Positions 26,501 through 41,839 of a stretch of 64,000 nt of DNA are shown here, one piece after another. Origin of the DNA: Eledone cirrhosa. Lineage: Eukaryota. The stretch is taken from contig OZ024752.1 of NCBI GenBank assembly GCA_964016885.1, forward strand, positions 14,508,001-14,572,000, given 5' to 3'. How positions within the stretch are numbered: the stretch's first letter is position 1; each line of letters opens with the position of its first letter. The notes under the pieces were generated by a model, which did not search any database, was not told where the DNA came from, and was given only the letters and a program-made list of their open reading frames with translations. The position numbers were made by a program, and so were the translations under genes.

Positions 26501-29500
26501 ATCGTTATATGCTTTTTCTATGAAAATTAGTAGTGGGCAGACCAATTTGCATAGAGCGTGAGTACGTACCGGTTCAACGGAGACGATAAAAACAAATAAC
26601 GAAACGAAATTAAATTTCGTTTCGTTTGTAACTCACTTTTGTATGACTGGCGCTTAAACAATTAAGTTAAAAATGTACATCCACATATGTATACTGAAAT
26701 ACTAGTATGCATATGAATACACACACGTGTACATATGTAGATGTACCGAGTTTTCACTGGTCACTTTACTGTGAGTGTCCAGCTATTCCGTATGTAGACA
26801 CACAGACAAACCGGTTCTTAGAGTCATACTGGTTTTTGAGGAAACACCTTTCCTCTATTCTCCAGAAAGCCAGACAAGGAATATTGGACTAGTTTCGATG
26901 TTGTTACATCTCATCAGCAATATTTACCTATCTTCCGGCTTCTCTAGAGAATCGTGAAAGCACATATCGTTATATGCTTTTTCTATGAAAATTAGTAGTG
27001 GGCAGACCAATTTGCATAGAGCGTGAGTACGTACCGGTTCAACGGAGACGATAAAAACAAATAACGAAACGAAATTAAATTTCGTTTCGTTTGTAACTCA
27101 CTTTTGTATGACTGGCGCTTAAACAATTAAGTTAAAAATGTACATCCACATATGTATACTGAAATACTAGTATGCATATGAATACACACACGTGTACATA
27201 TGTAGATGTACCGAGTTTTCACTGGTCACTTTACTGTGAGTGTCCAGCTATTCCGTATGTAGACACACAGACAAACCGGTTCTTAGAGTCATACTGGTTT
27301 TTGAGGAAACACCTTTCCACTATTCTCCAGAAAGCCAGACAAGGAATATTGGACTAGTTTCGATGTTGTTACATCTCATCAGCAATATTTACCTATCTTC
27401 CGGCTTCTCTAGAGAATCGTGAAAGCACATATCGTTATATGCTTTTTCTATGAAAATTAGTAGTGGGCAGACCAATTTGCATAGAGCGTGAGTACGTACC
27501 GGTTCAACGGAGACGATAAAAACAAATAACGAAACGAAATTAAATTTCGTTTCGTTTGTAACTCACTTTTGTATGACTGGCGCTTAAACAATTAAGTTAA
27601 AAATGTACATCCACATATGTATACTGAAATACTAGTATGCATATGAATACACACACGTGTACATATGTAGATGTACCGAGTTTTCACTGGTCACTTTACT
27701 GTGAGTGTCCAGCTATTCCGTATGTAGACACACAGACAAACCGGTTCTTAGAGTCATACTGGTTTTTGAGGAAACACCTTTCCTCTATTCTCCAGAAAGC
27801 CAGACAAGGAATATTGGACTAGTTTCGATGTTGTTACATCTCATCAGCAATATTTACCTATCTTCCGGCTTCTCTAGAGAATCGTGAAAGCACATATCGT
27901 TATATGCTTTTTCTATGAAAATTAGTAGTGGGCAGACCAATTTGCATAGAGCGTGAGTACGTACCGGTTCAACGGAGACGATAAAAACAAATAACGAAAC
28001 GAAATTAAATTTCGTTTCGTTTGTAACTCACTTTTGTATGACTGGCGCTTAAACAATTAAGTTAAAAATGTACATCCACATATGTATACTGAAATACTAG
28101 TATGCATATGAATACACACACGTGTACATATGTAGATGTACCGAGTTTTCACTGGTCACTTTACTGTGAGTGTCCAGCTATTCCGTATGTAGACACACAG
28201 ACAAACCGGTTCTTAGAGTCATACTGGTTTTTGAGGAAACACCTTTCCTCTATTCTCCAGAAAGCCAGACAAGGAATATTGGACTAGTTTCGATGTTGTT
28301 ACATCTCATCAGCAATATTTACCTATCTTCCGGCTTCTCTAGAGAATCGTGAAAGCACATATCGTTATATGCTTTTTCTATGAAAATTAGTAGTGGGCAG
28401 ACCAATTTGCATAGAGCGTGAGTACGTACCGGTTCAACGGAGACGATAAAAACAAATAACGAAACGAAATTAAATTTCGTTTCGTTTGTAACTCACTTTT
28501 GTATGACTGGCGCTTAAACAATTAAGTTAAAAATGTACATCCACATATGTATACTGAAATACTAGTATGCATATGAATACACACACGTGTACATATGTAG
28601 ATGTACCGAGTTTTCACTGGTCACTTTACTGTGAGTGTCCAGCTATTCCGTATGTAGACACACAGACAAACCGGTTCTTAGAGTCATACTGGTTTTTGAG
28701 GAAACACCTTTCCTCTATTCTCCAGAAAGCCAGACAAGGAATATTGGACTAGTTTCGATGTTGTTACATCTCATCAGCAATATTTACCTATCTTCCGGCT
28801 TCTCTAGAGAATCGTGAAAGCACATATCGTTATATGCTTTTTCTATGAAAATTAGTAGTGGGCAGACCAATTTGCATAGAGCGTGAGTACGTACCGGTTC
28901 AACGGAGACGATAAAAACAAATAACGAAACGAAATTAAATTTCGTTTCGTTTGTAACTCACTTTTGTATGACTGGCGCTTAAACAATTAAGTTAAAAATG
29001 TACATCCACATATGTATACTGAAATACTAGTATGCATATGAATACACACACGTGTACATATGTAGATGTACCGAGTTTTCACTGGTCACTTTACTGTGAG
29101 TGTCCAGCTATTCCGTATGTAGACACACAGACAAACCGGTTCTTAGAGTCATACTGGTTTTTGAGGAAACACCTTTCCTCTATTGTCAAAGCCAGACAAG
29201 GAATATTTGACTAGTTTCGATGTTGTTACATCTCATCAGCAATATTTACCTATCTTCCGGCTTCTCTAGAGAATCGTGAAAGCACATATCGTTATATGCT
29301 TTTTCTATGAAAATTAGTAGTGGGCAGACCAATTTGCATAGAGCGTGAGTACGTACCGGTTCAACGGAGACGATAAAAACAAATAACGAAACGAAATTAA
29401 ATTTCGTTTCGTTTGTAACTCACTTTTGTATGACTGGCGCTTAAACAATTAAGTTAAAAATGTACATCCACATATGTATACTGAAATACTAGTATGCTAT

Positions 29501-32500
29501 GAATACACACACGTGTACATATGTAGATGTACCGAGTTTTCACTGGTCACTTTACTGTGAGTGTCCAGCTATTCCGTATGTAGACACACAGACAAACCGG
29601 TTCTTAGAGTCATACTGGTTTTTGAGGAAACACCTTTCCTCTATTCTCCAGAAAGCCAGACAAGGAATATTGGACTAGTTTCGATGTTGTTACATCTCAT
29701 CAGCAATATTTACCTATCTTCCGGCTTCTCTAGAGAATCGTGAAAGCACATATCGTTATATGCTTTTTCTATGAAAATTAGTAGTGGGCAGACCAATTTG
29801 CATAGAGCGTGAGTACGTACCGGTTCAACGGAGACGATAAAAACAAATAACGAAACGAAATTAAATTTCGTTTCGTTTGTAACTCACTTTTGTATGACTG
29901 GCGCTTAAACAATTAAGTTAAAAATGTACATCCACATATGTATACTGAAATACTAGTATGCATATGAATACACACACGTGTACATATGTAGATGTACCGA
30001 GTTTTCACTGGTCACTTTACTGTGAGTGTCCAGCTATTCCGTATGTAGACACACAGACAAACCGGTTCTTAGAGTCATACTGGTTTTTGAGGAAACACCT
30101 TTCCTCTATTCTCCAGAAAGCCAGACAAGGAATATTGGACTAGTTTCGATGTTGTTACATCTCATCAGCAATATTTACCTATCTTCCGGCTTCTCTAGAG
30201 AATCGTGAAAGCACATATCGTTATATGCTTTTTCTATGAAAATTAGTAGTGGGCAGACCAATTTGCATAGAGCGTGAGTACGTACCGGTTCAACGGAGAC
30301 GATAAAAACAAATAACGAAACGAAATTAAATTTCGTTTCGTTTGTAACTCACTTTTGTATGACTGGCGCTTAAACAATTAAGTTAAAAATGTACATCCAC
30401 ATATGTATACTGAAATACTAGTATGCATATGAATACACACACGTGTACATATGTAGATGTACCGAGTTTTCACTGGTCACTTTACTGTGAGTGTCCAGCT
30501 ATTCCGTATGTAGACACACAGACAAACCGGTTCTTAGAGTCATACTGGTTTTTGAGGAAACACCTTTCCTCTATTCTCCAGAAAGCCAGACAAGGAATAT
30601 TGGACTAGTTTCGATGTTGTTACATCTCATCAGCAATATTTACCTATCTTCCGGCTTCTCTAGAGAATCGTGAAAGCACATATCGTTATATGCTTTTTCT
30701 ATGAAAATTAGTAGTGGGCAGACCAATTTGCATAGAGCGTGAGTACGTACCGGTTCAACGGAGATGATAAAAACAAATAACGAAACGAAATTAAATTTCG
30801 TTTCGTTTGTAACTCACTTTTGTATGACTGGCGCTTAAACAATTAAGTTAAAAATGTACATCCACATATGTATACTGAAATACTAGTATGCATATGAATA
30901 CACACACGTGTACATATGTAGATGTACCGAGTTTTCACTGGTCACTTTACTGTGAGTGTCCAGCTATTCCGTATGTAGACACACAGACAAACCGGTTCTT
31001 AGAGTCATACTGGTTTTTGAGGAAACACCTTTCCTCTATTCTCCAGAAAGCCAGACAAGGAATATTGGACTAGTTTCGATGTTGTTACATCTCATCAGCA
31101 ATATTTACCTATCTTCCGGCTTCTCTAGAGAATCGTGAAAGCACATATCGTTATATGCTTTTTCTATGAAAATTAGTAGTGGGCAGACCAATTTGCATAG
31201 AGCGTGAGTACGTACCGGTTCAACGGAGACGATAAAAACAAATAACGAAACGAAATTAAATTTCGTTTCGTTTGTAACTCACTTTTGTATGACTGGCGCT
31301 TAAACAATTAAGTTAAAAATGTACATCCACATATGTATACTGAAATACTAGTATGCATATGAATACACACACGTGTACATATGTAGATGTACCGAGTTTT
31401 CACTGGTCACTTTACTGTGAGTGTCCAGCTATTCCGTATGTAGACACACAGACAAACCGGTTCTTAGAGTCATACTGGTTTTTGAGGAAACACCTTTCCT
31501 CTATTCTCCAGAAAGCCAGACAAGGAATATTGGACTAGTTTCGATGTTGTTACATCTCATCAGCAATATTTACCTATCTTCCGGCTTCTCTAGAGAATCG
31601 TGAAAGCACATATCGTTATATGCTTTTTCTATGAAAATTAGTAGTGGGCAGACCAATTTGCATAGAGCGTGAGTACGTACCGGTTCAACGGAGACGATAA
31701 AAACAAATAACGAAACGAAATTAAATTTCGTTTCGTTTGTAACTCACTTTTGTATGACTGGCGCTTAAACAATTAAGTTAAAAATGTACATCCACATATG
31801 TATACTGAAATACTAGTATGCATATGAATACACACACGTGTACATATGTAGATGTACCGAGTTTTCACTGGTCACTTTACTGTGAGTGTCCAGCTATTCC
31901 GTATGTAGACACACAGACAAACCGGTTCTTAGAGTCATACTGGTTTTTGAGGAAACACCTTTCCTCTATTCTCCAGAAAGCCAGACAAGGAATATTGGAC
32001 TAGTTTCGATGTTGTTACATCTCATCAGCAATATTTACCTATCTTCCGGCTTCTCTAGAGAATCGTGAAAGCACATATCGTTATATGCTTTTTCTATGAA
32101 AATTAGTAGTGGGCAGACCAATTTGCATAGAGCGTGAGTACGTACCGGTTCAACGGAGACGATAAAAACAAATAACGAAACGAAATTAAATTTCGTTTCG
32201 TTTGTAACTCACTTTTGTATGACTGGCGCTTAAACAATTAAGTTAAAAATGTACATCCACATATGTATACTGAAATACTAGTATGCATATGAATACACAC
32301 ACGTGTACATATGTAGATGTACCGAGTTTCCACTGGTCACTTTACTGTGAGTGTCCAGCTATTCCGTATGTAGACACACAGACAAACCGGTTCTTAGAGT
32401 CATACTGGTTTTTGAGGAAACACCTTTCCACTATTCTCCAGAAAGCCAGACAAGGAATATTGGACTAGTTTCGATGTTGTTACATCTCATCAGCAATATT

Positions 32501-35500
32501 TACCTATCTTCCGGCTTCTCTAGAGAATCGTGAAAGCACATATCGTTATATGCTTTTTCTATGAAAATTAGTAGTGGGCAGACCAATTTGCATAGAGCGT
32601 GAGTACGTACCGGTTCAACGGAGACGATAAAAACAAATAACGAAACGAAATTAAATTTCGTTTCGTTTGTAACTCACTTTTGTATGACTGGCGCTTAAAC
32701 AATTAAGTTAAAAATGTACATCCACATATGTATACTGAAATACTAGTATGCATATGAATACACACACGTGTACATATGTAGATGTACCGAGTTTTCACTG
32801 GTCACTTTACTGTGAGTGTCCAGCTATTCCGTATGTAGACACACAGACAAACCGGTTCTTAGAGTCATACTGGTTTTTGAGGAAACACCTTTCCTCTATT
32901 CTCCAGAAAGCCAGACAAGGAATATTGGACTAGTTTCGATGTTGTTACATCTCATCAGCAATATTTACCTATCTTCCGGCTTCTCTAGAGAATCGTGAAA
33001 GCACATATCGTTATATGCTTTTTCTATGAAAATTAGTAGTGGGCAGACCAATTTGCATAGAGCGTGAGTACGTACCGGTTCAACGGAGACGATAAAAACA
33101 AATAACGAAACGAAATTAAATTTCGTTTCGTTTGTAACTCACTTTTGTATGACTGGCGCTTAAACAATTAAGTTAAAAATGTACATCCACATATGTATAC
33201 TGAAATACTAGTATGCATATGAATACACACACGTGTACATATGTAGATGTACCGAGTTTTCACTGGTCACTTTACTGTGAGTGTCCAGCTATTCCGTATG
33301 TAGACACACAGACAAACCGGTTCTTAGAGTCATACTGGTTTTTGAGGAAACACCTTTCCTCTATTCTCCAGAAAGCCAGACAAGGAATATTGGACTAGTT
33401 TCGATGTTGTTACATCTCATCAGCAATATTTACCTATCTTCCGGCTTCTCTAGAGAATCGTGAAAGCACATATCGTTATATGCTTTTTCTATGAAAATTA
33501 GTAGTGGGCAGACCAATTTGCATAGAGCGTGAGTACGTACCGGTTCAACGGAGACGATAAAAACAAATAACGAAACGAAATTAAATTTCGTTTCGTTTGT
33601 AACTCACTTTTGTATGACTGGCGCTTAAACAATTAAGTTAAAAATGTACATCCACATATGTATACTGAAATACTAGTATGCATATGAATACACACACGTG
33701 TACATATGTAGATGTACCGAGTTTTCACTGGTCACTTTACTGTGAGTGTCCAGCTATTCCGTATGTAGACACACAGACAAACCGGTTCTTAGAGTCATAC
33801 TGGTTTTTGAGGAAACACCTTTCCTCTATTCTCCAGAAAGCCAGACAAGGAATATTGGACTAGTTTCGATGTTGTTACATCTCATCAGCAATATTTACCT
33901 ATCTTCCGGCTTCTCTAGAGAATCGTGAAAGCACATATCGTTATATGCTTTTTCTATGAAAATTAGTAGTGGGCAGACCAATTTGCATAGAGCGTGAGTA
34001 CGTACCGGTTCAACGGAGACGATAAAAACAAATAACGAAACGAAATTAAATTTCGTTTCGTTTGTAACTCACTTTTGTATGACTGGCGCTTAAACAATTA
34101 AGTTAAAAATGTACATCCACATATGTATACTGAAATACTAGTATGCATATGAATACACACACGTGTACATATGTAGATGTACCGAGTTTTCACTGGTCAC
34201 TTTACTGTGAGTGTCCAGCTATTCCGTATGTAGACACACAGACAAACCGGTTCTTAGAGTCATACTGGTTTTTGAGGAAACACCTTTCCTCTATTCTCCA
34301 GAAAGCCAGACAAGGAATATTGGACTAGTTTCGATGTTGTTACATCTCATCAGCAATATTTACCTATCTTCCGGCTTCTCTAGAGAATCGTGAAAGCACA
34401 TATCGTTATATGCTTTTTCTATGAAAATTAGTAGTGGGCAGACCAATTTGCATAGAGCGTGAGTACGTACCGGTTCAACGGAGACGATAAAAACAAATAA
34501 CGAAACGAAATTAAATTTCGTTTCGTTTGTAACTCACTTTTGTATGACTGGCGCTTAAACAATTAAGTTAAAAATGTACATCCACATATGTATACTGAAA
34601 TACTAGTATGCATATGAATACACACACGTGTACATATGTAGATGTACCGAGTTTTCACTGGTCACTTTACTGTGAGTGTCCAGCTATTCCGTATGTAGAC
34701 ACACAGACAAACCGGTTCTTAGAGTCATACTGGTTTTTGAGGAAACACCTTTCCTCTATTCTCCAGAAAGCCAGACAAGGAATATTGGACTAGTTTCGAT
34801 GTTGTTACATCTCATCAGCAATATTTACCTATCTTCCGGCTTCTCTAGAGAATCGTGAAAGCACATATCGTTATATGCTTTTTCTATGAAAATTAGTAGT
34901 GGGCAGACCAATTTGCATAGAGCGTGAGTACGTACCGGTTCAACGGAGACGATAAAAACAAATAACGAAACGAAATTAAATTTCGTTTCGTTTGTAACTC
35001 ACTTTTGTATGACTGGCGCTTAAACAATTAAGTTAAAAATGTACATCCACATATGTATACTGAAATACTAGTATGCATATGAATACACACACGTGTACAT
35101 ATGTAGATGTACCGAGTTTTCACTGGTCACTTTACTGTGAGTGTCCAGCTATTCCGTATGTAGACACACAGACAAACCGGTTCTTAGAGTCATACTGGTT
35201 TTTGAGGAAACACCTTTCCTCTATTCTCCAGAAAGCCAGACAAGGAATATTGGACTAGTTTCGATGTTGTTACATCTCATCAGCAATATTTACCTATCTT
35301 CCGGCTTCTCTAGAGAATCGTGAAAGCACATATCGTTATATGCTTTTTCTATGAAAATTAGTAGTGGGCAGACCAATTTGCATAGAGCGTGAGTACGTAC
35401 CGGTTCAACGGAGACGATAAAAACAAATAACGAAACGAAATTAAATTTCGTTTCGTTTGTAACTCACTTTTGTATGACTGGCGCTTAAACAATTAAGTTA

Positions 35501-38500
35501 AAAATGTACATCCACATATGTATACTGAAATACTAGTATGCATATGAATACACACACGTGTACATATGTAGATGTACCGAGTTTTCACTGGTCACTTTAC
35601 TGTGAGTGTCCAGCTATTCCGTATGTAGACACACAGACAAACCGGTTCTTAGAGTCATACTGGTTTTTGAGGAAACACCTTTCCACTATTCTCCAGAAAG
35701 CCAGACAAGGAATATTGGACTAGTTTCGATGTTGTTACATCTCATCAGCAATATTTACCTATCTTCCGGCTTCTCTAGAGAATCGTGAAAGCACATATCG
35801 TTATATGCTTTTTCTATGAAAATTAGTAGTGGGCAGACCAATTTGCATAGAGCGTGAGTACGTACCGGTTCAACGGAGACGATAAAAACAAATAACGAAA
35901 CGAAATTAAATTTCGTTTCGTTTGTAACTCACTTTTGTATGACTGGCGCTTAAACAATTAAGTTAAAAATGTACATCCACATATGTATACTGAAATACTA
36001 GTATGCATATGAATACACACACGTGTACATATGTAGATGTACCGAGTTTTCACTGGTCACTTTACTGTGAGTGTCCAGCTATTCCGTATGTAGACACACA
36101 GACAAACCGGTTCTTAGAGTCATACTGGTTTTTGAGGAAACACCTTTCCTCTATTCTCCAGAAAGCCAGACAAGGAATATTGGACTAGTTTCGATGTTGT
36201 TACATCTCATCAGCAATATTTACCTATCTTCCGGCTTCTCTAGAGAATCGTGAAAGCACATATCGTTATATGCTTTTTCTATGAAAATTAGTAGTGGGCA
36301 GACCAATTTGCATAGAGCGTGAGTACGTACCGGTTCAACGGAGACGATAAAAACAAATAACGAAACGAAATTAAATTTCGTTTCGTTTGTAACTCACTTT
36401 TGTATGACTGGCGCTTAAACAATTAAGTTAAAAATGTACATCCACATATGTATACTGAAATACTAGTATGCATATGAATACACACACGTGTACATATGTA
36501 GATGTACCGAGTTTTCACTGGTCACTTTACTGTGAGTGTCCAGCTATTCCGTATGTAGACACACAGACAAACCGGTTCTTAGAGTCATACTGGTTTTTGA
36601 GGAAACACCTTTCCTCTATTCTCCAGAAAGCCAGACAAGGAATATTGGACTAGTTTCGATGTTGTTACATCTCATCAGCAATATTTACCTATCTTCCGGC
36701 TTCTCTAGAGAATCGTGAAAGCACATATCGTTATATGCTTTTTCTATGAAAATTAGTAGTGGGCAGACCAATTTGCATAGAGCGTGAGTACGTACCGGTT
36801 CAACGGAGACGATAAAAACAAATAACGAAACGAAATTAAATTTCGTTTCGTTTGTAACTCACTTTTGTATGACTGGCGCTTAAACAATTAAGTTAAAAAT
36901 GTACATCCACATATGTATACTGAAATACTAGTATGCATATGAATACACACACGTGTACATATGTAGATGTACCGAGTTTTCACTGGTCACTTTACTGTGA
37001 GTGTCCAGCTATTCCGTATGTAGACACACAGACAAACCGGTTCTTAGAGTCATACTGGTTTTTGAGGAAACACCTTTCCTCTATTCTCCAGAAAGCCAGA
37101 CAAGGAATATTGGACTAGTTTCGATGTTGTTACATCTCATCAGCAATATTTACCTATCTTCCGGCTTCTCTAGAGAATCGTGAAAGCACATATCGTTATA
37201 TGCTTTTTCTATGAAAATTAGTAGTGGGCAGACCAATTTGCATAGAGCGTGAGTACGTACCGGTTCAACGGAGACGATAAAAACAAATAACGAAACGAAA
37301 TTAAATTTCGTTTCGTTTGTAACTCACTTTTGTATGACTGGCGCTTAAACAATTAAGTTAAAAATGTACATCCACATATGTATACTGAAATACTAGTATG
37401 CATATGAATACACACACGTGTACATATGTAGATGTACCGAGTTTTCACTGGTCACTTTACTGTGAGTGTCCAGCTATTCCGTATGTAGACACACAGACAA
37501 ACCGGTTCTTAGAGTCATACTGGTTTTTGAGGAAACACCTTTCCTCTATTCTCCAGAAAGCCAGACAAGGAATATTGGACTAGTTTCGATGTTGTTACAT
37601 CTCATCAGCAATATTTACCTATCTTCCGGCTTCTCTAGAGAATCGTGAAAGCACATATCGTTATATGCTTTTTCTATGAAAATTAGTAGTGGGCAGACCA
37701 ATTTGCATAGAGCGTGAGTACGTACCGGTTCAACGGAGACGATAAAAACAAATAACGAAACGAAATTAAATTTCGTTTCGTTTGTAACTCACTTTTGTAT
37801 GACTGGCGCTTAAACAATTAAGTTAAAAATGTACATCCACATATGTATACTGAAATACTAGTATGCTATGAATACACACACGTGTACATATGTAGATGTA
37901 CCGAGTTTTCACTGGTCACTTTACTGTGAGTGTCCAGCTATTCCGTATGTAGACACACAGACAAACCGGTTCTTAGAGTCATACTGGTTTTTGAGGAAAC
38001 ACCTTTCCTCTATTCTCCAGAAAGCCAGACAAGGAATATTGGACTAGTTTCGATGTTGTTACATCTCATCAGCAATATTTACCTATCTTCCGGCTTCTCT
38101 AGAGAATCGTGAAAGCACATATCGTTATATGCTTTTTCTATGAAAATTAGTAGTGGGCAGACCAATTTGCATAGAGCGTGAGTACGTACCGGTTCAACGG
38201 AGACGATAAAAACAAATAACGAAACGAAATTAAATTTCGTTTCGTTTGTAACTCACTTTTGTATGACTGGCGCTTAAACAATTAAGTTAAAAATGTACAT
38301 CCACATATGTATACTGAAATACTAGTATGCATATGAATACACACACGTGTACATATGTAGATGTACCGAGTTTTCACTGGTCACTTTACTGTGAGTGTCC
38401 AGCTATTCCGTATGTAGACACACAGACAAACCGGTTCTTAGAGTCATACTGGTTTTTGAGGAAACACCTTTCCTCTATTCTCCAGAAAGCCAGACAAGGA

Positions 38501-38751
38501 ATATTGGACTAGTTTCGATGTTGTTACATCTCATCAGCAATATTTACCTATCTTCCGGCTTCTCTAGAGAATCGTGAAAGCACATATCGTTATATGCTTT
38601 TTCTATGAAAATTAGTAGTGGGCAGACCAATTTGCATAGAGCGTGAGTACGTACCGGTTCAACGGAGACGATAAAAACAAATAACGAAACGAAATTAAAT
38701 TTCGTTTCGTTTGTAACTCACTTTTGTATGACTGGCGCTTAAACAATTAAG
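20541..38751 (-). repeat. Tandem array of 39 full 465-bp monomers plus a partial one, each with a hammerhead ribozyme core (retrozyme-like satellite)
   Basis: Monomer 20541-21005 recurs every 465 bp (for example ORF-track starts 20662, 21127, ... 38327). Copies are near-identical. The HHR is on the minus strand. Confidence 0.97.
20835..20879 (-). ncRNA. Type I hammerhead ribozyme of monomer 1 (repeated every 465 bp)
   Basis: Minus strand: aatattg CTGATGA gatgt-aaca-acatc GAAA ctag TC caatatt. All core nucleotides are canonical, stem I has 7 bp, stem II has 5 bp, and the cleavage site is GUC. Confidence 0.93.
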
Positions 38752-39709
38752 TTAATTGTTTAAGCGCCAGTCATTAATTGTTTAAGCGCCAGTCATACAA
38801 AAGTGAGTTACAAACGAAACGAAATTTAATTTCGTTTCGTTATTTGTTTTTATCGTCTCCGTTGAACCGGTACGTACTCACGCTCTATGCAAATTGGTCT
38901 GCCCACTACTAATTTTCATAGAAAAAGCATATAACGATATGTGCTTTCACGATTCTCTAGAGAAGCCGGAAGATAGGTAAATATTGCTGATGAGATGTAA
39001 CAACATCGAAACTAGTCCAATATTCCTTGTCTGGCTTTCTGGAGAATAGAGGAAAGGTGTTTCCTCAAAAACGAGTATGACTCTAAGAACCGGTTTGTCT
39101 GTGTGTCTACATACGGAATAGCTGGACACTCACAGTAAAGTGACCAGTGAAAACTCGGTACATCTACATATGTACACGTGTGTGTATTCATATGCATACT
39201 AGTATTTCAGTATACATATGTGGATGTACATTTTTAACTTAATTGTTTAAGCGCCAGTCATACAAAAGTGAGTTACAAACGAAACGAAATTTAATTTCGT
39301 TTCGTTATTTGTTTTTATCGTCTCCGTTGAACCGGTACGTACTCACGCTCTATGCAAATTGGTCTGCCCACTACTAATTTTCATAGAAAAAGCATATAAC
39401 GATATGTGCTTTCACGATTCTCTAGAGAAGCCGGAAGATAGGTAAATATTGCTGATGAGATGTAACAACATCGAAACTAGTCCAATATTCCTTGTCTGGC
39501 TTTCTGGAGAATAGAGGAAAGGTGTTTCCTCAAAAACCAGTATGACTCTAAGAACCGGTTTGTCTGTGTGTCTACATACGGAATAGCTGGACACTCACAG
39601 TAAAGTGACCAGTGAAAACTCGGTACATCTACATATGTACACGTGTGTGTATTCATATGCATACTAGTATTTCAGTATACATATGTGGATGTACATTTTT
39701 AACTTAATT
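38752..39709 (+). repeat. Inverted arm of the 465-bp array (two monomers; HHRs at 38980-39024 and 39445-39489)
   Basis: Reverse complement of the monomer, with a 22-bp tandem duplication at the fold-back junction. Confidence 0.95.
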
Positions 39710-40757
<1,048 letters not shown>

Positions 40758-41086
40758 AATATTATAATGAAATGACAGGAGGCTGGATTTGTGTAAATCC
40801 TTGAAAGGTTTATTATACTATGATCATTTCAATGACCGGGTTCCGTATGAATCCGGTGATATCATCAGGTATTCGAAATATAATATGTGAATGTAATAGA
40901 TAAAATCCATGGGGCTGAAAATCGAGGACCCGAGGGCGACCGCTATTCTGTTCCTTCAACCTCAGCCGGTCGCCCTGGATGATATCACCGGATTCATACG
41001 GAACCCGGTCATTGAAATGATCATAGTATAATAAACCTTTCAAGGATTTACACAAATCCAGCCTCCTGTCATTTCATTATAATATT
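40758..41086. repeat. Inverted repeat (40758-40866 / 40978-41086), pLTR-like, with an HHR at 40815-40872 on the minus strand
   Basis: Perfect 109-bp arms. Minus strand: atac CTGATGA [accgg..ccggt stem II] GAAA tgatca TA gtat. Confidence 0.85.
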
Positions 41087-41218
41087 TAACTCCGTAATAG
41101 CACCACCAACTACAAAAACAAAGACGGTTGTACTGCTTTACGTTGAGTACTCTCTATATTATTGCATTACGATTGACCATACGGAATAGACCAGCTCTAT
41201 ACCTCAAACCTGAATAAA

Positions 41219-41282
<64 letters not shown>

Positions 41283-41300
41283 TATATATATATATATACA

Positions 41301-41366
<66 letters not shown>

Positions 41367-41386
41367 TATATATATATATATATACA

Positions 41387-41442
<56 letters not shown>

Positions 41443-41757
41443 GGACGTAAAATGTTCGTAGATATACTAAATTCTCTATATTTATCTACAAATTATTTAT
41501 TTGTTGAGCAAAGCTGTCAAAACCACTACTAATTCATTGGAGTGGTAGTAGGCTTCTGTCATCTTACCATCCCACTCCTTCCGACTAGCCTCAGTGTCAC
41601 GTGATTGATTCTTTAGAATCTGCCATTTGACCGGAGACAGCGAGCTTTTCAGTGCATGGAATCCAGTCCCCGCTAGCTGTTCCATCTACCGAATTATTAT
41701 TATTTTTATATGAGTCCCCAGTGTCCGCGCATTGCCTGGAGACTTAGCTGAGAATAG

Positions 41758-41839
41758 ATTCCCTGATGACGCAATGAATTCTCGACGGTTATATTACGTA
41801 ACTGTCTTTATCCCATTGCAGAAACTAATTAGTTGGAGT
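41758..41839 (+). ncRNA. Type I hammerhead ribozyme with long stem II in a small pLTR-like element (~41436-41910)
   Basis: attcc CTGATGA c-gcaatg..gacggtta/taactgtc..cattgc-a GAAA ctaattag TT ggagt. The element is bounded by inverted atatgaaggacgtaaaat. Confidence 0.8.

Noticed and set aside
20541-38751. CRISPR array or 5S/snRNA/tRNA gene cluster
   Set aside because: There are no unique spacers and the context is eukaryotic. I recognised no 5S, snRNA or tRNA sequence in the monomer.
20662-39662. Repeated 60/61-aa ORFs in each monomer as a tandem gene family
   Set aside because: They are short overlapping frames with no recognisable motif (the 60-aa one starts at GTG), they are antisense to the HHR, and indels break them in some units. 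RNA structure explains the unit better.
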